Source of the DNA: Myxococcota bacterium
GTDB taxonomy: Bacteria; Myxococcota_A; Polyangia; HGW-17; JAJRWW01
Assembly (NCBI GenBank): GCA_024276595.1
Contig: JAJRWW010000627.1
Span: forward strand, 1-13,932
Length of the DNA stretch: 13,932 nt
Direction of reading: 5' to 3'
Shown: piece after piece, positions 1 through 5,436 of the stretch
Layout: each line of letters opens with the position of its first letter
How positions within the stretch are numbered: position 1 is the first letter of the stretch
Notes under the pieces: generated by a model
The model's input: only the letters and a program-made list of their open reading frames with translations
Told to the model about the DNA's origin: nothing
The model's database searches: none
Translations under genes and position numbers: made by a program

Positions 1-104
1 CCGAGTTCCGCGCCGACCACCCCTTCATGTTTCTCATCCGAGACCGGAGGACTGGCGCGATCCTGTTTCTGGGCCGCCTGTCCGATCCGACGAAGCGGCC
101 TTGA
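1..104 (+). CDS. 3' end of a serpin (serine protease inhibitor) gene; partial, with the stop codon TGA at 102-104
   Basis: Frame 3 translates to [33 protein letters not shown]. This matches the conserved serpin C-terminal signature (F-x-A-D-H-P-F-[LM]-F-x-I-R ... G-x-I-L-F-x-G-R-x-x-x-P). The frame is open to the window edge. Confidence 0.6.
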   Translation, partial: EFRADHPFMFLIRDRRTGAILFLGRLSDPTKRP

Positions 105-304
105 CGAAAACGGTTCTTCGGCAGAAGCTGTGGGTAGAGCCATCGCCTCCTCGAATCGTCATGGGGGCGCGAAACCAGGTGCTTGAGAGGGTGTGCCGGG
201 TGGTACACCGGGTTTGAGCCGTTTGCGATCAGGTCAGGTCATGGAGCTCCTCAGCCGGGCTCCTTCGAGCCCCTTGGCCTTGCACATGGGAGACATCTCC
301 TGCC

Positions 305-907
305 ATGGGTGAGCGAACGCAAGAGCCTGCCAGGGAGGATCCCTGGACCATGCTCGGGCTGCGTGCGCTGGCGCTCGCGAGGGGGCTCGTGCAGGCGCCG
401 GACCTGGAGTCGGACCTGGAGCCGGATGTCACGGTCGCCGGGGGCGCGCGGCTGCGAGCCCTGGTCTCTGAGCTGGAGGGTGCCCAGGAACGGGTGCTGG
501 CCGCGCGGCGGGAGGTGGAGCGCCACGAGGCCCGGCTCGATGATGCAGCCGTGCAAGCCGGGGAGACCCTCATGGGCCTGACCAGCGCCGTGGCCGAGCT
601 CACGAGCAGCCGTGAGCGGCTCGTGGGAGGCGGCGACGCCGAAGCTCTGGAGCTGGCGGATATCGACTACCAGATATCCGCCCTGGAGGGACGCGCCGCC
701 GAGATCAGGGCGCGACAGGGCGCCCAGAGCAGGGACATCGAGCTGGAGATGTCCCCGCAGAGGGATCGCCTCGTGGAGGTGGAGCTTGTGCGGCAGGAGG
801 CGACGGAGCGGCTGCTGGAGCTCCTCCATGAGCTGAGACCTGAGCCGTGCCCCAAGGAGCTGGCCGCCGCCCTCGATGAGCTTGCCAGGCTGCGGCGGGG
901 GCTGTAG
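305..907 (+). CDS. hypothetical coiled-coil protein, 200 aa, Ala/Leu/Glu/Arg-rich
   Basis: Third codon positions are strongly G/C in this frame, e.g. ctG gaG tcG gaC ctG gaG ccG. GGGAGA lies about 12 nt upstream of the ATG. The antisense 258-aa ORF at 251-1027 does not show this periodicity. Heptad-like LE/AR content suggests coiled coil. An alternative start at Met16 is possible. Confidence 0.55.
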   Translation: MGERTQEPAREDPWTMLGLRALALARGLVQAPDLESDLEPDVTVAGGARLRALVSELEGAQERVLAARREVERHEARLDDAAVQAGETLMGLTSAVAELTSSRERLVGGGDAEALELADIDYQISALEGRAAEIRARQGAQSRDIELEMSPQRDRLVEVELVRQEATERLLELLHELRPEPCPKELAAALDELARLRRGL

Positions 908-1149
908 CGGCGGGGCAGCGGTGGGGCCGTGAGCGTAACTCCCTCTGGCCATCGGATCTACTCGAAAACACACCTGACGCACCGGAGCCATGCTGCGGGG
1001 CACAGCCTGTGCACAGCGCGGGGCCACGCCGCAGCCGAGCGACAGGCTACCTGGCGACTCGCGAGCGGCGGTAGTCTTCGAGCGCTATCGGGGGGCCGCG
1101 TCCGCGCTCCTTCCGCTTGCCAACTCCCCTCCCTCATACTCGAGCGGTG

Positions 1150-1349
1150 GTCCAACAGTCAGGATGATCCACTTTAGCCGCTCACGACCTCTCTCGCATG
1201 CGCCCATGTGAGTGTCATCGTTCGAAATGACTGAGCTCCAGGGAGACGGTATTGTACCATTGTTCTTGACTTGGGAACTGGGAGTGTCCACGATTTTGGC
1301 GGTCAGTGGTCTATATGTCAGTGGTCTATATGATGGAGGTGCAGTTTCC
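1150..1349 (+). promoter_or_regulatory. AT-richer leader/promoter region upstream of the lipoprotein gene, containing TTGACT (about 1266-1271) and TATAT boxes
   Basis: Local GC falls to about 50% against about 68% overall. TTGACT is a -35-like hexamer and TATAT is -10-like. I did not map a transcription start, so this is only a region call. Confidence 0.3.
1302..1331 (+). repeat. perfect tandem direct repeat, 2 x 15 bp (GTCAGTGGTCTATAT), ending 4 nt before the GGAGG RBS of the lipoprotein gene
   Basis: Read directly from the sequence: gtcagtggtctatat at 1302-1316 and again at 1317-1331. Each unit carries a TATAT, which is -10-like. Confidence 0.9.
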
Positions 1350-2147
1350 ATGAGCAGAACGAAATTGACGAAGTCGAACCGCGGGTTGCGACCGAGCCCC
1401 GGCCGCCTATGGTGGTGGGGGGCTGGTCCTGTTTGGGTCCTGGCCGGCTTGGTGTCCTGTGATGACGGGGGCTTCAAGTCCGTCGTGTCCACCGATGTGA
1501 CCAACGATCAGATCTCGGCGAAGCACTATGCGTATCGGCTCGGAGACGGCCGCATCGAGGCCGTCTCGAGGTTGCGGATCACCTGGGAATGCCCGGAGGA
1601 TGCCGGCTGTTTGCTCAACACACCGTTTCTGGAGCTCGTGGAACCGGATCGGCTGAGCCTTGTCTGCGGTGAGGTGACGGCGCCCTTTGTGCCCGTGATC
1701 AAGGATTCCATCCAACGGGTCTATCTGGCGGAGACAACGACCTGCACCGATGCGACCGAGGTCCGCTTCGTGCTGGAGCGCTCTTTGGGGACCCTCGAGT
1801 TCGTTGCTGAGTTCCCCGAGCCCTTCGAGATCCTCTCCCCGGCGGAGGGAGCGATCTTTTCCAGGGAGGACGGCTTCCAGATGGAGGTCTCCAGAGAGCT
1901 CACCAGCGTGTACATCTGGGGGGAGTGTATCAAGGATTGGAGTCGCATAAGCTGGACCTTGGGGAGCCTGAACGACTTCCCGGCGGGTCCTTTCGAGACC
2001 GCCGAGGGCCACGATGGGGAGACCTGCGAAGTCACCATCCAGGCCTACCGCTCCCGGGACGGGGTGGTGGATCCAGCGGTGGACCCGGAGACGAGCCTCA
2101 TCCAAGCCAGCGAGAAGCGAGTAGTGCACATCACGCTCACGCCCTAG
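1350..2147 (+). CDS. putative lipoprotein, 265 aa, with 6 further Cys residues; function unknown
   Basis: The internal start has GGAGGT at 1335-1340, 9 nt upstream of the ATG. The N-terminus MSRTKLTKSNRGLRPSPGRLWWWGAGPVWVLAGLVSC has a charged n-region, a hydrophobic core and an LVSC lipobox. The 46-codon N-terminal extension from 1212 in the six-frame ORF falls in the AT-rich region and lacks an RBS. GC3 is lower than in the neighbouring genes. Confidence 0.6.
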   Translation: MSRTKLTKSNRGLRPSPGRLWWWGAGPVWVLAGLVSCDDGGFKSVVSTDVTNDQISAKHYAYRLGDGRIEAVSRLRITWECPEDAGCLLNTPFLELVEPDRLSLVCGEVTAPFVPVIKDSIQRVYLAETTTCTDATEVRFVLERSLGTLEFVAEFPEPFEILSPAEGAIFSREDGFQMEVSRELTSVYIWGECIKDWSRISWTLGSLNDFPAGPFETAEGHDGETCEVTIQAYRSRDGVVDPAVDPETSLIQASEKRVVHITLTP

Positions 2148-2220
2148 ATCCCTTGAGGACGAGAATCTGTGGCAAATGAGTCAAGCTTTGGATCAGGCGC
2201 ACGACGCGGGACGAACCAGC

Positions 2221-2280
2221 CGGCGCACGTGCGCTGGCCGGCGACGAGTGTCGCCGTGCTGAGGGGAGGGGGCCCCGCGT
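2221..2280. terminator. cluster of GC-rich palindromes in a convergent intergenic region: GCGCACGTGCGC at 2221-2232, GGCGAC-gagt-GTCGCC at 2238-2253, GGGGCCCC around 2266-2274. These are possible bidirectional terminator hairpins
   Basis: The inverted repeats are read directly. No U-tract follows them, so their role as intrinsic terminators is uncertain. Confidence 0.25.
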
Positions 2281-2425
2281 GCCACGGGTGGTGGCCTGCG
2301 GGGGAAGGGAACCGCAGAGCTCCCCTCTACAGTCAGTCTGGCGAGGGCTCAGCTACGGGGAGAAACACCAACATCGGCGCCCACCCCTGGTCGACACCGC
2401 CTCGTCACTCTGAGGCTCAGCCTCG

Positions 2426-3232
2426 CTAGTACTCGGTCTCCTTGCGAGGCTTGGTCACCGCGTCGATCATGGGATCGTATCCGCGGCGGCGGCGGGGGGA
2501 GTTGAGCTTGCGGCCCTCCAGCACCTTCTGGCGCATCCCGTTGTGAAAAAGCACGATGCAGAAGTTGCCGTAGATGGTGGACTTGTCTACCGCCCACATT
2601 CGGACGTCCTTGGCGCCTATCCACTCCACGTGGTGGAGACGGGGCTGACCGGCGAGGTCCTTTTTGAACACCGGCTGGCCCGCGCCAAAAGCCTTTATTA
2701 GCTTGCCCAGAAACTGCGGGAAGGTGAGCCCCTTGTAGTTCTTGTGGTCCGCGTTGAAGGCGATGAACTGCTTGTACAGCTTTCCGTTGTGAAAGAAGAA
2801 GAAGCGCTGCTGCTCCTTTTCCAAGAAGACGACGATGGACTCCTGGTTTCTGTGCCGAAACTGATCGTCCACGATGGACGAGTCCCAGCCGCTGCGCCTG
2901 CCGGTGAACTTGAAGTAGCTCTTTTTCACCTTCAGGAGCTTCTGCCTGAGCTCCTTGCGGAGCTTGTCCTGCTTGCGAGGTGAGGTCCTGGCCTGCCGGA
3001 TGCGCTTCAGATAGACCTTCCTCAGGTTGGCGGTGAGGAGCTTGATCACCTTGGAGGGGCCCAGGCCCCACTTGTACTTGCCAGTTAGCGCAGCAATGGC
3101 GGCGGCGGCTCGCTTGTTCACCTTTACCTTCTTTGTGACCTTTCGGCGGCGGCGCCGGCGGCGAGCATCGGCGTCCGTGGTCCAGGCCAACAGGAGGATG
3201 GATGTCAGGAGCAATACGGATACGCGTCTCAT
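2426..3232 (-). CDS. secreted, extremely basic (Lys/Arg-rich) protein of 268 aa; mature N-terminus RRRRRRRK; function unknown
   Basis: The internal ATG at 3232 is preceded by GGAGGGA. The N-terminus MRRVSVLLLTSILLLAWTTDADA is a classic Sec signal peptide with an AxA cleavage site. Two internal motifs are similar to each other: FFFFHNGKLYKQF and CIVLFHNGMRQKV. I recognise no family. The 96-aa upstream extension in the six-frame ORF is rejected. Confidence 0.6.
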   Translation of the reverse strand: MRRVSVLLLTSILLLAWTTDADARRRRRRRKVTKKVKVNKRAAAAIAALTGKYKWGLGPSKVIKLLTANLRKVYLKRIRQARTSPRKQDKLRKELRQKLLKVKKSYFKFTGRRSGWDSSIVDDQFRHRNQESIVVFLEKEQQRFFFFHNGKLYKQFIAFNADHKNYKGLTFPQFLGKLIKAFGAGQPVFKKDLAGQPRLHHVEWIGAKDVRMWAVDKSTIYGNFCIVLFHNGMRQKVLEGRKLNSPRRRRGYDPMIDAVTKPRKETEY

Positions 3233-3410
3233 GCTTCCCTCCGTCTGGAAGACGCTGTGATCTTCAGCCGCTGCATAGTAACAGGGCGGCCTTCCGGCCG
3301 CAAATCTTATCCGTGGACAAGCTCGCGCGTACCTGCCAGGGGCTGCCTCCTCGCCAGCGGCCTCGGGGGACGCAGCTATGGGGCTCTGACTTCCCCTTGG
3401 CGGCCAATAT

Positions 3411-4223
3411 TCAACGGCCCCGCGCCACCCGTGTCTTTCGCGCGCGGGGACGGTAGCCACGCCTGGCCACCCCACGCTTGAGATCCAGATAGGGTGTCCG
3501 GGAGTACATGGCCTCCTCACCCGGGCCGCCGTAGTCTATCCAGAAGGTCTTCTTTGCCCGCACGTCCAGGTGCATGTGGAAGCCGTTGGGGTAGTAGCCC
3601 ACGCCCACGTGGGAGTAGTGCCTGAGCAGGTAGTTGCGGATCCGAACGTTGGAGATGGCGTCGAAGTTGAAGTCGATTGCGTGACCTGTCACGTGCTTGC
3701 TGGTCTTGAGCCGGGCCACCACCTTGGGGCGGTTCCCGGAGAAGACCGACACCTGGGGTTGTCCGAAGTGCAGCCACAGGTCGTAGAGAATCACCAGCAG
3801 GCGCCAGTGTATCTTCTGGGCGCGGCCCGTGTGGGAGCAGCGCATGAACCGCGCGAAGCGCCTGAAGGCGGCCGCCCGGAGCTGCCCACGGGAGTCGTAG
3901 AGGCGGATCCTGATGGCCTCCCGGTTGTGCACGTGGTAAAGGGGCATGGAAGGCAGCCGCAGCAAGGCCCTGGCCCCTCTCCTCCCTCTTCTGCTCCGAC
4001 CCTTTCGCCTGGTCGCTCTCCTGGCCCTGCTCGTGATCCTGCGCACCGATCTCAGGCGCCTTCGATTGCGCAGGCGCCTCGCCGGACGCAGGCTCCGGTG
4101 ACCTCCCTCCCTTCGGACCCGCCGCACCTGGCGACCGCCGGGCACCGCCACGGACACGGCGGGCTCAGCCCCCAACAGGAGCAGCAGGCAGGGGAGCAGC
4201 AGGTGCATCTTCGGGGCTCTCAT
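3411..4223 (-). CDS. MepK/YcbK-family peptidoglycan endopeptidase (DUF882, peptidase M15A) with a Sec signal peptide and an Arg-rich region of about 55 aa, 27 of them Arg
   Basis: The ATG at 4223 is preceded by GGAGGA. The signal peptide reads MRAPKMHLLLPCLLLLLGAEPAVSVA. The catalytic region reads LYHVHNREAIRIRLYD...SGNRPKVVARL...KHVTGHAIDFNF...GVGYYPNGFHMHLDVRAKKTFW. This matches the YcbK/DUF882 consensus (HTGE..., SGYRSPxxN, SxHxxGxAxDF, GGVGYYPxSxFVHxDTGxxRxW). Confidence 0.8.
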   Translation of the reverse strand: MRAPKMHLLLPCLLLLLGAEPAVSVAVPGGRQVRRVRREGGHRSLRPARRLRNRRRLRSVRRITSRARRATRRKGRSRRGRRGARALLRLPSMPLYHVHNREAIRIRLYDSRGQLRAAAFRRFARFMRCSHTGRAQKIHWRLLVILYDLWLHFGQPQVSVFSGNRPKVVARLKTSKHVTGHAIDFNFDAISNVRIRNYLLRHYSHVGVGYYPNGFHMHLDVRAKKTFWIDYGGPGEEAMYSRTPYLDLKRGVARRGYRPRARKTRVARGR

Positions 4224-4400
4224 GGTTCCTCCAGGGATCTCCAGATTGGATGGACCACCGGAACCTGTCAATTTTCTCGCCCCCTTTTGCCCATCACGGG
4301 CATTGAACGGGCGGTGAAACTGGGGGCCATCTGTGCTATACAGCCTCTAGCACGTCGGTTTGGCGATGGGCGAAATTACGATCCTGAAGGAGGAATCGAG
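4224..4400. promoter_or_regulatory. divergent promoter region between the M15A peptidase gene (minus strand) and the acidic lipoprotein gene (plus strand)
   Basis: 177 bp of lower GC (ttttctcgcccccttttgcccatcacgggcattgaacg..., gcgaaattacgatcc) are flanked by two oppositely oriented starts. Each start has a GGAGG RBS. Confidence 0.35.
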
Positions 4401-5366
4401 ATGAGAACTAAGCTAGTAGCAGTAATGGCGGCCTTCACCCTGGCCCTCTCACTGGGAGCCGCGGCCGGCTGCAGCGACGACGACGTTGGCGAGATCTGCG
4501 ACAACGGCGTGGACGACGACGGCGACGGCCTCGCGGATTGCGACGACCCCCTCTGCGACATGGACGAGGCCTGCCAGCCCGTCTGTGGCGATGGCGTGGC
4601 CGAGGGTGACGAGGTGTGCGACACCAACGACCTGGCCGGCAACACCTGCGCATCCGAGGGCTTTGACGATGGCGACCTGGCCTGCAACGCCACATGTGAC
4701 GGCTTTGACGACAGCGCCTGCTACGACTACTTTTGCGGCGATGACGCGGCCGAGGGTACAGAGGAATGCGACGGCGTGGACCTGGCGAACACGACCTGCG
4801 AAGACCTCGGCTACCTGGGCGGCGACCTGGCCTGCGACACGGACTGCTTCTTCGACGAGTCCGGCTGCTTCGACACCGTGACCTGCAGCGACGCCAGCTT
4901 CATGGGCACAGGGGGCCAGGCCTTTGGTGGCGACAGCCAGAACGGCAACTACGACTGGTTATACCAGGAGCTGGTGGACCTGGGTGACGGGGCCACCTGG
5001 CTGCTCTCCATCGAGCTGTACGGCGACTTTGTAAATGGCGGAGGCGGAATCACCACGGGCGCACACGACGTCTCCGTGCCCCCCGAGGACAACTACGCCA
5101 CCTGCGCCTACTGCGTGCTCATGCGGCGCTGTGCAGACGCCCAGTGCAGCAACGTGGAGGCGGTCTTCTTCCCCACCGCCGGAACCCTCCAGCTCGATGT
5201 CCTGTCTCAGGCCGGCATGGGCTCGTTTCAGGGCAGCATCTCCGACTTCAACTGGGAGGAGGTCACCATCGACTCGTCCACCTACGAGTCCACCGCCGTG
5301 GTGGGCGGTGACTGCTTCAACCTGACCGCGGCATACACGGTGGACGCCACCGTGGACGCCATGTAG
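4401..5366 (+). CDS. acidic Cys-rich lipoprotein of 321 aa with Myxococcus-type cysteine-rich repeats and a C-terminal beta-rich domain of unknown function
   Basis: GAAGGAGG lies 7 nt upstream of the ATG. The signal peptide MRTKLVAVMAAFTLALSLGAAAGC ends in a candidate lipobox. An Asp-rich CDNGVDDDGDGLADCDDPLC module is followed by tandem repeats: VCGDGVAEGDEVCDTNDLAGNTC...GDLACNATCDGFDDSAC and FCGDDAAEGTEECDGVDLANTTC...GDLACDTDCFFDESGC. About 25% of residues are D or E. The 5' 277-codon extension in the six-frame ORF runs antisense to the peptidase gene and is rejected. Confidence 0.75.
   Translation: MRTKLVAVMAAFTLALSLGAAAGCSDDDVGEICDNGVDDDGDGLADCDDPLCDMDEACQPVCGDGVAEGDEVCDTNDLAGNTCASEGFDDGDLACNATCDGFDDSACYDYFCGDDAAEGTEECDGVDLANTTCEDLGYLGGDLACDTDCFFDESGCFDTVTCSDASFMGTGGQAFGGDSQNGNYDWLYQELVDLGDGATWLLSIELYGDFVNGGGGITTGAHDVSVPPEDNYATCAYCVLMRRCADAQCSNVEAVFFPTAGTLQLDVLSQAGMGSFQGSISDFNWEEVTIDSSTYESTAVVGGDCFNLTAAYTVDATVDAM
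4581..4868 (+). repeat. internal tandem duplication encoding two Cys-rich modules of about 46 aa inside the lipoprotein gene
   Basis: The repeat is visible at protein level: xCGDxxAEGxExCDxxDLAxxTCxxxGxxxGDLACxxxCxFDxSxC appears twice. It is degenerate at DNA level. Confidence 0.7.
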
Positions 5367-5375
5367 CCAGCTCTC

Positions 5376-5401
5376 GGCCGCCGCCGCCTGGCGGCGGCGC
5401 C
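5376..5401. terminator. GC-rich hairpin (GCCGCCGCC ... GGCGGCGGC) between the convergent stop codons at 5364-5366 and 5437-5439; candidate bidirectional terminator
   Basis: The inverted repeat ggccgccgccgcctggcggcggcgcc is read directly. No U-tract follows it. Confidence 0.3.
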
Positions 5402-5436
5402 TCCCATGCGCCCCATCCTCTCCCCTGCTCCAAACC

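Noticed and set aside
251-1027. 258-aa minus-strand ORF overlapping the coiled-coil gene
   Set aside because: The plus-strand frame shows the strong G/C third-position periodicity and the minus frame does not. The protein is low-complexity and Pro/Arg/Gly-rich.
1215-1235. GTTCGAAAT T-loop-like motif flanked by a 5-bp inverted repeat (gtcat...atgac), considered as a possible tRNA fragment
   Set aside because: The loop would be 8 nt. No acceptor-stem partner for the 3' side is present 60-75 nt upstream, and no anticodon arm can be drawn. It is not a tRNA.
1212-1349. N-terminal extensions of six-frame ORFs at 1212-1349, 3233-3520, 3570-4400, 4224-4271 and 13347-13412
   Set aside because: In each case an internal ATG with a GGAGG-type RBS starts a canonical signal peptide or TM segment. 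The extensions lie in AT-rich or antisense sequence. For 3570-4400 the extension overlaps another gene on the opposite strand.
1407-2129. 240-aa minus-strand ORF inside the lipoprotein gene, and the 105-aa ORF at 1721-2038
   Set aside because: They run antisense to a gene with a clear RBS, signal peptide and lipobox. They have no start context and no recognisable features.
2169-2429. 86-aa plus-strand ORF in the convergent intergenic region
   Set aside because: GC3 bias is weak, and there is no RBS and no features. The region is better explained as a palindrome-rich 3' UTR and terminator zone.
2349-3071. 240-aa minus-strand ORF overlapping the basic-protein gene in another frame
   Set aside because: It sits in an alternative frame of the same strand with a Pro/Gln/Gly/Arg-rich low-complexity product. 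The authentic frame has the signal peptide and RBS.
3418-3452. 8-bp-stem hairpin (ccccgcgc ... gcgcgggg), considered as a terminator
   Set aside because: It lies inside the 3' coding end of the M15A peptidase gene, which encodes ...RKTRVARGR. It is not downstream of the stop codon.
4435-4695. 86-aa Arg-rich minus-strand ORF, with related ORFs at 4376-4693 and 4486-4881
   Set aside because: These are antisense or alternative frames of the GAC/GGC/TGC-rich Cys-repeat region of the acidic lipoprotein gene. They are codon-composition artefacts.
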